Origin: Desulfobacterales bacterium
GTDB taxonomy: Bacteria; Desulfobacterota; Desulfobacteria; Desulfobacterales; ETH-SRB1
NCBI GenBank assembly: GCA_030610995.1
Contig: JAUWQO010000005.1
Location: 1 to 59,714, forward strand
DNA length: 59,714 nucleotides
Reading direction: 5' to 3'
Positions 7,837 to 18,349 of this stretch are shown one piece after another; positions within the stretch are counted from its first letter, which is position 1, and each line of letters begins with the position of its first letter. Below the pieces are notes generated by a model. The model made no database searches and was not told where the DNA came from. It saw only the letters and a list, made by a program, of their open reading frames with translations. The position numbers were made by a program, and so were the translations under genes.

Positions 7837-10800
7837 TCACGCATCAAGCATTCTTTTGTGCAAACGCTCTGCCCGCAGGCAGAAGGTCTCCAGCTTTGCA
7901 TTTATCAATTGCGGAAAAGGGGAGCCGTCGCTCTCAATTGCAAGAAAAGGCAGGTCTTCAATATTTGTCAGGATTTTTCGGAGCCGCTTATTTGTCGGGT
8001 CTGTCGCCAGTTTCCCTTCACGATTCATCATCGTGTTTAAGATAGCCTCTGACAGGCGGTTTGGCATGCAGCCAAACGGACCTATGGCGATTGCGCCGCA
8101 TGCATGAGAGGCTATCTCGGTTATAGAGCCGCCCACTGTGAGAACTGCCTCGCCTGTCAGATCTGGCGATATATAAGACGTGGCACTGTTTATTATTGCC
8201 TCAACATCAATAGGTTCTGCATGCACAAGTCCTGATCCGGATAAAATTGATTTGATACGTTTTTCGTAATTGGCCATATATTTCTGTTTGATTAGTAATT
8301 CAAGCTTCTCCATTTTTGGCACCTTGTAGTCAACAAGCCCTTTTCTCACTAAATAGTCGGAATATAATATCCATTCCGCAACAGGTGAACAGACAGTGGC
8401 AAAACCGCTTTTTGCCAGACGTCCTGTCAAATACTGGCGTGATATTGAATCCCTGCGGACAAATATCTCACCTATAAGGCAGATTACAGGCACCTCTTTT
8501 GGCGGAAGTTTCATGGGAATTCGGCTAAAACGTTCGGAAGTACGCACAAGTTGTTTTTCCAGTTTAGAAAAGTCCCCTCTTTCTATCTCTTCCAATATCA
8601 GGTTCCATTCCTCATTAAATATCTTCATCCCATATTCAGTATCTGTTGCATTGGCTAATATCATCGACCTGATATCTTCCATAACGTCGGATGTTACAAC
8701 AGAATTCCATGCTCTTAACTGGAAATCTTTTCCCAGGCCGGCGTAAGAATTCTCTGATGTCAGCGAAAACAGGGCTACATCCGGAAGCTCAAGCCTTTTT
8801 ACAAGGTCTTCCATGAATACATAATACTGGCCGAACCGGCATGGGCCCGAGGCGGTAGGCATAAAATAGATTAGAACCTCATTTTCTTTTTTTATATTGT
8901 AAATGTAGTTAAGCAACGTCCCTGTAGTAAGTATCAGCGGCAAACACTCCTTGCAGGAAGTATTTGCGCGTCCAAGTTTCAATATGGCCTCATCAGACGG
9001 CGGGTGGGATATTGCATTGAACCCTAAGCCGCGAAATACCGCTGCCAGGGATTCGGAGGAAATTTTGCCCATAGACGGAAACAGAAGGGTCACGCGCGGG
9101 TCACTGGCCGGCAGTGTTTTACCGGAAGATGTTATCAGGTTAAACTTTCCCTTTCCCATTTCTGTACGAGCAGGAACAAAAGCCCGCTTCTTCTGGACGA
9201 TCATCTTTTTTGCCAGAAGTTGCCTGTATGCTGCCACTATATCAAGAAAGGCCTCAACCCTGGTCTCAAGGCCGGCATCTGCCGTGTGACTGTCCAGCTC
9301 GAGGGTCAGCGATGGTTTTTGGCCCATAAGACTCCTGAAATATCCGACTATGAATGAATCCGGCCCGCAGGAAAAGTTTGTTATATAAGTTCCAAACAGT
9401 TGAGGATGCCTCTTAACGGTTCTGGCCGCCTTTAATATAAGCTGGCCCATTCCCCAGTACATATGGCGCTTTGGTTTCTCATCATCAAACGTAAGAAAAT
9501 CAAGCGGCATTACCAGAATGCCCCTTGATGCAAGCTTGCCTGGAATACCCATATGCGCTTCTTTAACAAATCCATTATAAGGCCTGGCAAATATCACCAC
9601 CGCTGTCCTGTCCGGATCTTTTTCCAGCTCTTCAAGGGTTTTATCGCCGATCTTTTTCATTTCGGCCATGCATTCTGTCTGTTTCTTTAAGGCCTTTTGA
9701 AAAGCCTTTTTGGCCTCTTTTCTACTAACACCCATCTTTATACCGGTTTCGACTAAAGGTTTTTCTGCCGTTTCCAGCCCTTCTGTCAAATCAAGCAGCG
9801 GGGTCAATACTTTTGTTTCTCTGGCCTTCAGTTCATCAAGTTTTTCTCTGAATGTAGTTCTTAAGAAAAAGGTTTCACCCTGCACAAAAGGGCAAACCTG
9901 CGAGCTTGTGCAACCCTTTTGGGCTGGAACAGCTTTGAAGTGCGGCAGGAAGATGAACTCCGGTGGATCTTCCATATAAATAAGGGAATGGAAAAAACCA
10001 TGGGTCAGTTCTGCAGGATAGCAAAAAGCCGCCTCTTTCTGATCCATTCCTTTTTTTGAAGGGAAATCAGGCACAACCGGCTCAAAGCCTAATTCGGTGA
10101 AAAACGTGGAATAAAGGGGGTAAAAAGTATTTACCATAAAACTCCTGTTTATTCCGATTCTCCCCCTGGGCTTTTTCCCGCCGCCCCCCGGCAGTTTGCC
10201 TGCATACTTATCAAAAATTAATTGCTGCCGGACACGAACAAGGTCCAGCTTCTCCACGTTATATTTCACCTTGTTTCGCAAATTATAGTATCTGTTACAG
10301 GCTCCGCCAAATGGATATTTCTTTCCTTCCAGTTTGATTATAGCTATATTGCAGCGCCGGTCACATTTTTCCTTTCCGCCTTTGCATATAAATGATTTTC
10401 CGTATTTCACGTCACGGTTAAGCAGAACATTCAGGTCAAAGATCTTCTTTTCCAGTAATCCTGTTTCAATTCTTTTTTTGACCTCAAGGGCAACACCAAA
10501 AGCGCCCATAAGCCCCGGTTCAGGAGGAACTACTATCGGCTTGCCCACAAGCGCTGCCATGGCAAACGGAACCGCCCTGTTATAGCAGACACCACCCTGC
10601 ATAAACACCTTCTCACCCACCGGCTTATTTCCCTTGACCCTGTTTGAATAGTTCATGCAGATGGAATAAACCAGACCCGCAAGAATATCCTCGTGCTTCA
10701 CACCTTCGTGAATGGCATTCTTTATATCGGAAGCGATAAAAGCGGCGCACTGATCATTAAAATTAGGTGGATTCTTGCCTTTAAAAGCAATGTCGGCAAT

Positions 10801-12237
10801 ATCCTCCATTTTTACTCCCAGGGTCTCGTGTGCGGACTCTTCCAGAAAAGAACCTGTGCCGGCAGAACAGGCTTCGTTCATCGCATAATCGGATGGCACG
10901 GAATTTGTGATATAGGTATATTTTGCATCCTGCCCTCCTATCTCAAAAATGGTATCCACTCCTGAATCAAAGTACACTGCAGCGGTCGCGTGAGCGATTA
11001 TCTCGTTGATAACCCCATTTGTGAGCGCATGGAGACCGGCTATCTGGCGGCCGGAGCCGGTGACGCCCAGCCCTGTTATACTTATCTCATCAGGATTTAC
11101 CTTTTCACTTATCTGGCCAAGAATAGAACCGTAACACTTACGGGAAGCTCCAACAGGATCGCCGTCAGTGCGCAGATAAATGGACGCAAGGATTGCATCA
11201 TCTTCGATACGCAAAAGAATAGCCTTTGTTGTTGTTGAACCAACGTCAAGCCCTAATATGCATTCATCTCCCTGCCGGACATCCTCCATTGCGACAGTCT
11301 TGAATTCAACCATTTCTTTAAAATCGATAAGGGGCATAAGTGTGTCAAATGATGTGGCCTCTGTCCTTAATAAATCCGACATTCCAGGAAATTCAGCGGT
11401 CTCATTTTCCAGCGCCCAGAGAGCAGCTCCAAGAGCTTCGAAATACGGGGCTTCCTCAGGGACAATAAGACCGGCAATATCTTTTCGCAGGTACTCAATC
11501 ATCATCTGGTTGAGCGCGGTGCCCCCGGCAATCATAATGTTTTTCCTTTGCACTTTTTTTAACAGCTCAAGTATTTTCTCCGCCATCATTTTGCAAAGCC
11601 CGGCAGTTACCTTTGATTTGGGGATGCCTTTGTTGGTTGCATGGGTGCAGTCTGATTTGCAAAAAACCGAACAACGCCCCGAAAGCTGATGCGGCTCTTC
11701 CGTAGCAGCCCATTGAGCCGCCTCTTTTAGAGTTACTTTCATCCTGCGAAGTTGCTGAAGAAAAAATTCACCGGTTCCGGATGCGCACTTGTTGCCGGTC
11801 AAAACATTAGATATCTGCCCCTGACCGTCCATGACATATACCATAAAGGTCTCCCCGCCTGCAGAAACAACTGCCGGGCATGCAACATCAGCCGGTTTGA
11901 CAAAACTGTATGCGTATTCCACTGCTTCAGGTTCAGATATGGATGACAGGTTTACAAATTTGCGAAATTTCCTGCCGGTCACGGCAATCCTGTCGTATGA
12001 ATTCATATCCAGAGACTTGAGAGCTGAAAGCAATGTCTGCTTTGGATTCCCCTCGTGTGAATGAAGTGAATATTTAACAAGACGGGGCTTTGTTTTGTTT
12101 TCCCCATCCCTGCCCTGCTCAAGTTCTATCGAGGCAAGTGACACTGTAGATGCCCCTAAGCATATCCCCAACGAATTTATATTGTCGTGCATACTTCTTT
12201 TTTGACCTGACTGCTTATTCAAATTTTTAGTTTTCAT
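7837..12237 (-). CDS. CoA-substrate-specific enzyme activase (tandem BadF/BadG/BcrA/BcrD ATPase domains + 2-hydroxyacyl-CoA dehydratase-like/DUF2229 domains)
   Basis: NKCASGTG, RCSVFCKSD, GLDVGSTTTK, EIGGQDAK, MNEACSAGTGSF, FCYPAE, NFSCGPD, GPCRFGQY, PFGCMPN. Confidence 0.9.
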   Translation of the reverse strand: MKTKNLNKQSGQKRSMHDNINSLGICLGASTVSLASIELEQGRDGENKTKPRLVKYSLHSHEGNPKQTLLSALKSLDMNSYDRIAVTGRKFRKFVNLSSISEPEAVEYAYSFVKPADVACPAVVSAGGETFMVYVMDGQGQISNVLTGNKCASGTGEFFLQQLRRMKVTLKEAAQWAATEEPHQLSGRCSVFCKSDCTHATNKGIPKSKVTAGLCKMMAEKILELLKKVQRKNIMIAGGTALNQMMIEYLRKDIAGLIVPEEAPYFEALGAALWALENETAEFPGMSDLLRTEATSFDTLMPLIDFKEMVEFKTVAMEDVRQGDECILGLDVGSTTTKAILLRIEDDAILASIYLRTDGDPVGASRKCYGSILGQISEKVNPDEISITGLGVTGSGRQIAGLHALTNGVINEIIAHATAAVYFDSGVDTIFEIGGQDAKYTYITNSVPSDYAMNEACSAGTGSFLEESAHETLGVKMEDIADIAFKGKNPPNFNDQCAAFIASDIKNAIHEGVKHEDILAGLVYSICMNYSNRVKGNKPVGEKVFMQGGVCYNRAVPFAMAALVGKPIVVPPEPGLMGAFGVALEVKKRIETGLLEKKIFDLNVLLNRDVKYGKSFICKGGKEKCDRRCNIAIIKLEGKKYPFGGACNRYYNLRNKVKYNVEKLDLVRVRQQLIFDKYAGKLPGGGGKKPRGRIGINRSFMVNTFYPLYSTFFTELGFEPVVPDFPSKKGMDQKEAAFCYPAELTHGFFHSLIYMEDPPEFIFLPHFKAVPAQKGCTSSQVCPFVQGETFFLRTTFREKLDELKARETKVLTPLLDLTEGLETAEKPLVETGIKMGVSRKEAKKAFQKALKKQTECMAEMKKIGDKTLEELEKDPDRTAVVIFARPYNGFVKEAHMGIPGKLASRGILVMPLDFLTFDDEKPKRHMYWGMGQLILKAARTVKRHPQLFGTYITNFSCGPDSFIVGYFRSLMGQKPSLTLELDSHTADAGLETRVEAFLDIVAAYRQLLAKKMIVQKKRAFVPARTEMGKGKFNLITSSGKTLPASDPRVTLLFPSMGKISSESLAAVFRGLGFNAISHPPSDEAILKLGRANTSCKECLPLILTTGTLLNYIYNIKKENEVLIYFMPTASGPCRFGQYYVFMEDLVKRLELPDVALFSLTSENSYAGLGKDFQLRAWNSVVTSDVMEDIRSMILANATDTEYGMKIFNEEWNLILEEIERGDFSKLEKQLVRTSERFSRIPMKLPPKEVPVICLIGEIFVRRDSISRQYLTGRLAKSGFATVCSPVAEWILYSDYLVRKGLVDYKVPKMEKLELLIKQKYMANYEKRIKSILSGSGLVHAEPIDVEAIINSATSYISPDLTGEAVLTVGGSITEIASHACGAIAIGPFGCMPNRLSEAILNTMMNREGKLATDPTNKRLRKILTNIEDLPFLAIESDGSPFPQLINAKLETFCLRAERLHKRMLDA

Positions 12238-12242
12238 AGTAA

Positions 12243-12320
12243 TAAAGTGTAAAATGTTAAGTGTGAAATGTTAGGTGTTAGGTGTAATGGGTTAATTTTG
12301 AATTTTAAGTTTTGTATTAA
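12243..12320. repeat. Degenerate heptamer tandem arrays (TAGGTGT-like; TGAATTT-like)
   Basis: taaagtgtaaaatgttaagtgtgaaatgttaggtgttaggtgt...ttttgaattttaagttttg. Confidence 0.6.
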
Positions 12321-12512
12321 TTTAGCCCTTTGAAAAAAATCGGTTTCAAACGAGCTTCAGGTATGATTAAATTTTATACTGAAAACTATTTGAATGGATT
12401 AGGGATCGTTATGAAAAAACCATAAACAATTTAATTTAAAGATGAAACGTTTTCTTAAAATAAAAACCTTTATTACTAGCCCCTGCGGGTTCTTTCATTA
12501 CGAGCCGTTATC

Positions 12513-12599
12513 TGAATAACGAATATCGAACAAGGAATTTCGAATTATGAAGTATTCAAGCACTTCGACATTCTGCAGTTCGTTGTTCTGCGGTTCAAA
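12513..12599. repeat. Palindromic element of GAATATC-type heptamers; inverted copy at 13368-13461
   Basis: The reverse complement (tttgaaccgcagaa...cttgttcgatattcgttattca) closely matches 13368-13461. Confidence 0.8.
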
Positions 12600-12600
12600 T

Positions 12601-12675
12601 TCCTCTTATCTTCTCACCTTCTAATCCTCTCACCTTCTAATCCTCTAATCCTCTAATCCTCTAATCCTCTAATCC
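12601..12675. repeat. Octamer tandem array (CTAATCCT)n overlapping the PPTase stop
   Basis: ctaatcct repeated, with ctcacctt variants. Confidence 0.8.
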
Positions 12676-13249
12676 CTGTCCCCTCGACAACCGACCAGTT
12701 AATATCATACAATCCTTTATTGACAGATGCAATATGCTCGTTGAAAAAGAAATGCTCAACAAACCACCTTTTATTCATATAGTCTATGACGAGATTGTTT
12801 TCATCAATAACCTGTGCAATCTTGCATTTTGAAAGATCTTTCAGGCCTGTCCCGACAGCCTTAAGCACGGCCTCTTTGGCCGTCCAGTAGCGAAAGAACA
12901 GTTTAAATTTATCTGTATCAGCGAGCCCCCATTCTCTGTGATCCGCTATTTTCCTGAAAAGAGACTCCTGGCAGTCTCGTATCTCTTCAATGTCGATTCC
13001 GATCCTTGAACAAGCTACAACTCCGGCAACATATTTTGGTTTATGAGAAACAGACCAGTAGTTTCCATCAACAGGCATGGGAACACCTTTTTCATCTTTT
13101 AAAGGGTTGCCAATATGAATAAGACTCTTTTTTGCGGAAATTTCAAGCGCATCCCTTGCATGCCTGCTGAGATATAATGTCCTGTTTTTAGGGGAAAGGT
13201 TTCTCTTGTTATCGGGAACCGCAAGTACAACCGGATAAATAGCAGCCAA
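12653..13249 (-). CDS. Sfp-type 4'-phosphopantetheinyl transferase (PfaE-like)
   Basis: WSVSH, IGIDIEE and WTAKEAVLKAVGTG motifs. TTG start at 13249 chosen because it follows GAGGGAG; the ORF-track extension to 13321 is repeat-derived. Confidence 0.9.
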   Translation of the reverse strand: MAAIYPVVLAVPDNKRNLSPKNRTLYLSRHARDALEISAKKSLIHIGNPLKDEKGVPMPVDGNYWSVSHKPKYVAGVVACSRIGIDIEEIRDCQESLFRKIADHREWGLADTDKFKLFFRYWTAKEAVLKAVGTGLKDLSKCKIAQVIDENNLVIDYMNKRWFVEHFFFNEHIASVNKGLYDINWSVVEGTGIRGLED

Positions 13250-13270
13250 TTCAATATACTCCCTCGGTTT

Positions 13271-13578
13271 TAGTCGAGTAGTCAAGTGGTCGAGTAGTCG
13301 AGTAGTAACAACAACTGGCATCTTTCATAATAATTGGCTAAAAGTAATTTGCACTTTTCATTTTTTTTTTGAACCGCAGAATATCGAACAAGAAATGTCG
13401 AATGTCGAAGTAACGCCCCTTCGTAATTCTGCGGTTCCTTGTTCGATATTCGATATTCAAAATAGGTGATCAAAGTACTAATCTCAACAAGTGTAAACTA
13501 CAAAATGAAAGATGACCAACAATTTGACTATTTTTCCACTCGACCACTCAACTACTCGACCACTCGACCACTCGACTA
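13271..13578. repeat. Nested palindrome: inverted AGTCGAGT octamer arrays enclosing a GAATATC heptamer palindrome
   Basis: tagtcgagtagtcaagtggtcgagtagtcgagtag (13271-13305) versus cactcgaccactcaactactcgaccactcgaccactcgacta (13537-13578); inner element at 13368-13461. Confidence 0.8.
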
Positions 13579-15744
13579 ATTGCGAAGCGAAGCGGAGCCA
13601 AGCGCTTTAAGAATAATTCTGCAGTCAGCCACGGTAGCCCCCTTTCCTTTCTCATGAACCAGAAGCGGGTTTATATCCATCTCATCGATTTCCGGGTGGT
13701 TAATTGACATGTCTGAAAGGCTTACCATTAATTTTTCAAGAATTTCTATGTCAACCACAGGCCTTCCCCTGAAGCCCTGCAATAGTTTATATCCCCTGAT
13801 GCTGCGGATCATTCTGCGGGATTCGTTTCTGCCGATAGGCGCTATGCGAAATACAACATCATGAAAAAGTTCAACAAATATTCCGCCAAGACCAAACATA
13901 AGAAGTGGCCCGAAAACCTCTTGTCGATTCATGCCAAGTATCACCTCTTCCCCACGCATGGCCATTTTCTGAATCAGCACGCCCTTTATTTCCGCGTTGG
14001 GATCATGCTGTTTAGCTTTTTCAACGATCTTATTAAAAGCCTTTTTTACCTCATCCCGGCTCTCAAGCCCCAACATAACTCCGTCGGCATCGGTTTTGTG
14101 CAGAATTTGCGGCGAGACAATTTTCATCGCCACAGGAAAGGAAATAGTTTCAGCAATCTCTGTTGCTTCATCCTCACTTTCCGCAAACTGTGTCGGCAAT
14201 ACATTAAAACCATAACATTTAAGCAGTTCAATTCCATCCAGTTCGCCAAGACTGGTTTTCCCTGATTCAAGACAATTTTTAATAATATCGGCGGCCCGCT
14301 CTTTGTCGTGCTTTAATTCATATTGCGCAAAATGCTGACGGTTCAACCACTTAAAATATCTATAAAGGGCTCCGAAAGCCTTTGCCGCATTTTCAGGAAA
14401 CTTATAAACCGGATAACCATACTCCTGAAGATATCTTACTCCGGCGGAAACATCAACAACTCCCATAAAGCAGCAGAGAATAGGCTTGTGAGTGCGCCTG
14501 GCAATTCTGATAATGGCTTCTGCTGTTCCAAGAACGTCCGTCATCGACTGAGGCGTCAGAATTACAATGGCTCCATCTACTCCATTGTCATTGATTACAA
14601 CGCTTAAAGCATTTTCATAACGATCCTGTGCGGCATCTCCAATGATATCCACCGGATTATGAATGTTTGCTGTAAAGGGGAGATGGCTTGCAAGGGCATC
14701 GATCGTTTCCTGATGGAATTCGGCAAGCTTGAGCCCTGACGACATAGTAATATCGGTAGCGATAATCCCCGGCCCTCCGGCATTTGTAACAATGGCGACC
14801 CGGTTGCCGTGCGGAATCTTCCTTGTGAGTTTTCCCAAAGAGGTTGCGCTTTTATAGGCAAAAGCGGTTGCAAAATCAAAAAGCTCATTAATTGAATCAA
14901 CACGAATCATCCCTGTCTGCTGGAAGATCGCATCATACAGCGCCTCGGATCCGGACAGAGCCCCTGTATGAGACGCTGCTGCCTGGGCTCCAGCGCTTGT
15001 CCTTCCCGACTTTATGACGAGTATAGGGGTAGGCCTGTTCCCGGAGGTAATCTCTTTCACTATCTCAATAAATTCCGGGCCTCTTCGAAGCTCTTCGAGA
15101 TACATTAAAATAACCCTTGTATCCATGTCTTCATGCAGATAGCGCAGGAGATCAAGCTCATCCACATCCGCCTTGTTGCCTATGGAAATGAACTTTGAAA
15201 AACCAAAATCCCTGTCAGCGGCAAAGTCCAGAACAGCCGTGCACAATGCACCACTCTGGGAAATAAAGGAAATATTGCCGCTTGCAGGCATACGCGCTGC
15301 AAAGCTCGCATTCAGACTTACCGAAGGAACCGGGTTGATCACGCCAAGACAGTTTGGGCCCACAAGGCGCGCCCCTGCCTTTTTGCAAACAGCAGCTATC
15401 CTGTTTTCTATCTCCAGGCCTTCTGCGCCCACCTCCCGAAAGCCGGCAGATACAATCACAATTCCCTTTACCCCCTTTTTCACGCTCTCTTCAACGGTCT
15501 TTAAGGCGAGTTTGGGCTGGAGAATTATTATTGCAAGATCCACATCACCGGGCACTTCCAGGATAGATGGATATGCCATTATATTTAAAACCGACTTGGC
15601 ATTAGGATTAACAGGATAAAGTATCCCCTGATAATTTCCGCTCAAGATATTGGCAAAAATATCGTGCCCAACCTTTCCGGGCTTGGTGGACGCTCCTATG
15701 ACGGCCACCGATTCCGGGGAAAAAATCGCATCAAGACCTTGCAT
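13576..15744 (-). CDS. Acetate/acyl-CoA ligase (ADP-forming), fused alpha/beta
   Basis: SVAVIGAS, GPNCLG, SQSGA, SHTG phospho-His motif, TNAGGPG; C-terminal ATP-grasp with HKTD and DINP. Confidence 0.92.
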   Translation of the reverse strand: MQGLDAIFSPESVAVIGASTKPGKVGHDIFANILSGNYQGILYPVNPNAKSVLNIMAYPSILEVPGDVDLAIIILQPKLALKTVEESVKKGVKGIVIVSAGFREVGAEGLEIENRIAAVCKKAGARLVGPNCLGVINPVPSVSLNASFAARMPASGNISFISQSGALCTAVLDFAADRDFGFSKFISIGNKADVDELDLLRYLHEDMDTRVILMYLEELRRGPEFIEIVKEITSGNRPTPILVIKSGRTSAGAQAAASHTGALSGSEALYDAIFQQTGMIRVDSINELFDFATAFAYKSATSLGKLTRKIPHGNRVAIVTNAGGPGIIATDITMSSGLKLAEFHQETIDALASHLPFTANIHNPVDIIGDAAQDRYENALSVVINDNGVDGAIVILTPQSMTDVLGTAEAIIRIARRTHKPILCCFMGVVDVSAGVRYLQEYGYPVYKFPENAAKAFGALYRYFKWLNRQHFAQYELKHDKERAADIIKNCLESGKTSLGELDGIELLKCYGFNVLPTQFAESEDEATEIAETISFPVAMKIVSPQILHKTDADGVMLGLESRDEVKKAFNKIVEKAKQHDPNAEIKGVLIQKMAMRGEEVILGMNRQEVFGPLLMFGLGGIFVELFHDVVFRIAPIGRNESRRMIRSIRGYKLLQGFRGRPVVDIEILEKLMVSLSDMSINHPEIDEMDINPLLVHEKGKGATVADCRIILKALGSASLRN

Positions 15745-15755
15745 ATTCCTTACTC

Positions 15756-16023
15756 CAATTGTAATAGTTCAGCCACAAAGACACTAAGCCACCAATTACA
15801 AATAAATCCCAAATTCCAAGCATCAAATTACAAATAAATCCCAAATTCCAATATCCAATGACCAAAAGGGGATTAGTCGAGTAGGAAATTAGTCGAGTAG
15901 TCGAGTGGTTAACAACTCGACCATTTTCCTACTCGACTAGTCGACCAAAAAGGTACGGGTTTGGGATTTTGAATTTTGGTCATTGTAATTTATTTGATAT
16001 TTGTGATTTGTTATTTATAATTT
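15756..16023. repeat. Nested repeat element: nonamer-type end, inverted CAAAT heptamer arrays, inner AGTCGAGT octamer palindrome
   Basis: gttcagccacaaagacactaag, then caaataaatcccaaattcc twice, then agtcgagtag...ctactcgact, then tttgggattttgaattttggtcattg. Confidence 0.75.
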
Positions 16024-16064
16024 GCAATCAACTGAGACCTCTGACCTCTCCGAACTTGGTTCGC

Positions 16065-16943
16065 TCAATCCCCCTTAATCTTCAAAGCCTCATCATACAC
16101 TCTGTTTTTGGGAAGATTATATTTTTTTGCTATCTCTTTTGCAATGTCGGACAGGCTGCCTTTTGCTGAGACCAGCCTCTTTTTTATTTCCTTTCTTACC
16201 TTTTCCATGGAAACATCTTCATTTCCCTCATCTCCGGCCACAAGAAGCGTGCATTCTCCCTTTATTGATGGACGTTCTTTCAATGATCTGAGAATGTTGG
16301 ATAAATGACCTCTGACAAACTCTTCATGAAGCTTGGTCATCTCACGGCACAATACACCATTTCTGTCGCCTAAATTCAATATTATTTCCTCTAAAAGTGT
16401 ATGTATGCGCCTTGGAGATTCGTACAATATTGTTGTTCTTTTCTCAAAAGCCAACTTTCTCAACTGTTCAAGCCGCTTTCCCTTTTTTTTAGCCAAGAAG
16501 CCGACAAAAACAAAGGAATCGGTAGGCAGTCCAGACACGCTGAGTGCGGTAACTGCTGCAGATACGCCGGGTATTGGAACAACTCTTATGCCCCTTTCTA
16601 TAGCCGTCTTTATCAATTGATAGCCGGGGTCGGATATGGTCGGTGTTCCAGCATTCGACACAAGCGCAACAGATAACCCGGAGTTAAGTTTATCAAGCAG
16701 ATCTTTCGTGCGCTCCCTTTCATTATGTTCATGATAAGAAATAAGACGGCTTTTAATATTATGATGAGATAGAAATCTTAAAGTATGCCTTGTGTCCTCT
16801 GCGGCGACAAGATCAACTCTTCCCAGGACATTGAGGGCTCTTAAAGTGATATCCTCCCTGTTTCCAATTGGAGTGGCAATAACATAAAGGTCCCCTTTTT
16901 TGCCGGTCTCTTCAGGATTATTTGTAGGCAAGTTCAAAGGCAT
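16065..16943 (-). CDS. rsmI: 16S rRNA (cytidine1402-2'-O)-methyltransferase
   Basis: LYVIATPIGNREDIT, AAEDTR, AGTPTISDPG, YESPRR, REMTKLHEE. Confidence 0.95.
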   Translation of the reverse strand: MPLNLPTNNPEETGKKGDLYVIATPIGNREDITLRALNVLGRVDLVAAEDTRHTLRFLSHHNIKSRLISYHEHNERERTKDLLDKLNSGLSVALVSNAGTPTISDPGYQLIKTAIERGIRVVPIPGVSAAVTALSVSGLPTDSFVFVGFLAKKKGKRLEQLRKLAFEKRTTILYESPRRIHTLLEEIILNLGDRNGVLCREMTKLHEEFVRGHLSNILRSLKERPSIKGECTLLVAGDEGNEDVSMEKVRKEIKKRLVSAKGSLSDIAKEIAKKYNLPKNRVYDEALKIKGD

Positions 16944-17310
16944 TTTTGATTATCTTAATGCTTGGCCCCTCTTTTGCTTTTGCTTTTGCTGAATTGACTG
17001 AATTGATAGCCACCACGTCAAACCTGGCCTTTGCATTGCTTTGTTTTGTGGATTTGAGATAATATAAGGCTACCATTGAAATTTTTCTCTGTTTTTTTGG
17101 GGTTACCGCCAATTCAGGGCGACCGAACCGGCTGGATTTTCTGGCCTTTACCTCTATAAAGACAAGGGTTTCCCCCTGTTTTGCGATTATATCGATTTCG
17201 CCGAGTTTAGTGCGGTAATTTAGCTCAATTATCCTGTATCCCTGTTTTTTAAGGCAATTAACGGCAACAGATTCACTTTTTTCGCCGAATTGCTGAGATC
17301 TGGTTGTCAT
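16918..17310 (-). CDS. yraN: YraN family endonuclease-like protein (UPF0102)
   Basis: NYRTKLGEIDIIA...VFIEVKAR...RFDVV; adjacent to rsmI. Confidence 0.92.
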   Translation of the reverse strand: MTTRSQQFGEKSESVAVNCLKKQGYRIIELNYRTKLGEIDIIAKQGETLVFIEVKARKSSRFGRPELAVTPKKQRKISMVALYYLKSTKQSNAKARFDVVAINSVNSAKAKAKEGPSIKIIKNAFELAYK

Positions 17311-17373
17311 AACAAAGCCTCTGAACGCTCACCATCCCTATCCTTAACCCCTAATCCCTGACAACTATCAATT

Positions 17374-17528
17374 GTAACAGTTCAGCCACTAAGGCACAAA
17401 GACACAAAGGAGGGATATGATTGATAAATTGAGGAATTGCGAAAAATCCCTAAATTCCCAAATTATGAATTTTAAGAGAATTATATTATAATCTTGGTGC
17501 CTTGGTGTCTTTGTGGCTGAACTATTGC
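17374..17528. repeat. MITE-like inverted-repeat element with nonamer arrays
   Basis: gtaacagttcagccactaaggcacaaagacacaaag ... cttggtgccttggtgtctttgtggctgaactattgc; the same end occurs at 15761 and 43217-43242. Confidence 0.75.
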
Positions 17529-17623
17529 CTTGAATATAATACTATTAAAACAAAATCAATACAGGATTACTGCTTGGGAAAAAGCTTCCTGTAAAACATT
17601 TTTTTGTGATATAAAAAATAATT

Positions 17624-18349
17624 ATGATTATCATCGAATCAGCAGGCATTACAGACATCGGCAGAAAACGAACAAATAATGAAGATTGCCTGTTTCTGGA
17701 TGACGACCAGAGACTTTATGTGGTAGCCGACGGCATGGGAGGGCACCAGGCCGGCGAAGTGGCGAGTAAGCTGGTGGTTGAAACAATTCAAAACTACATG
17801 AGGCGGTTCAGGGAAGAGGAAGGTGGAAAGGCCGATCGGCTCCTCTCCAGCATCCATCTGGCCAACCAGGCGGTATTCCATGCCTCGTGTAATAAAAACT
17901 CCTGTCGGGGAATGGGCTCCACTGTATCGGCCGTCTATTTCACAGACAACACCCTCATTGCCGCCAACGTGGGCGACAGCCCCATATACCTTGTGCGTGA
18001 CAAAAGCATAAAGCTTTTGTCCGTAACCCACAATCTTCTTGCCGAGCAGACAGCTATCGACCCGGAGGGGGCAAAGTATCTGAGCGGCATGTTCAAGCAC
18101 ATACTCACCCGCGCCATAGGAATTAAAAAAACGGTAAAGCCCGATATCTGTGAAATTCAGTGTTTGAAAGATGATATCCTGGTCATTAGTTCCGACGGCT
18201 TAAACAATAAGGTCTCCCCGGAAGAAATACTTAATGTCGTTAATAAAGAAAGCCCGGACAAGGCATGCAAGACGCTGGTGGATCTGGCTAACAAATATGG
18301 AGGAGACGACAATATCACCGTTATTATATTAAAGGTAAAGAACTCCTGA
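17624..18349 (+). CDS. PP2C-family Ser/Thr protein phosphatase (Stp1/IreP-like)
   Basis: RTNNED, VADGMGGH, GMGST, NVGDS, SDGL, GGDDNIT. Confidence 0.93.
   Translation: MIIIESAGITDIGRKRTNNEDCLFLDDDQRLYVVADGMGGHQAGEVASKLVVETIQNYMRRFREEEGGKADRLLSSIHLANQAVFHASCNKNSCRGMGSTVSAVYFTDNTLIAANVGDSPIYLVRDKSIKLLSVTHNLLAEQTAIDPEGAKYLSGMFKHILTRAIGIKKTVKPDICEIQCLKDDILVISSDGLNNKVSPEEILNVVNKESPDKACKTLVDLANKYGGDDNITVIILKVKNS

Noticed and set aside
13250-13473. N-terminal extension of the PPTase and ORF 13282-13473
   Set aside because: They are translations of octamer/heptamer repeats (TTRLLDHLTTRL, FEYRISNKE).
12243-17528. Repeat arrays as a CRISPR array
   Set aside because: Units are 7-9 bp and tandem, with no 25-40 bp repeats separated by unique spacers, and no cas genes.
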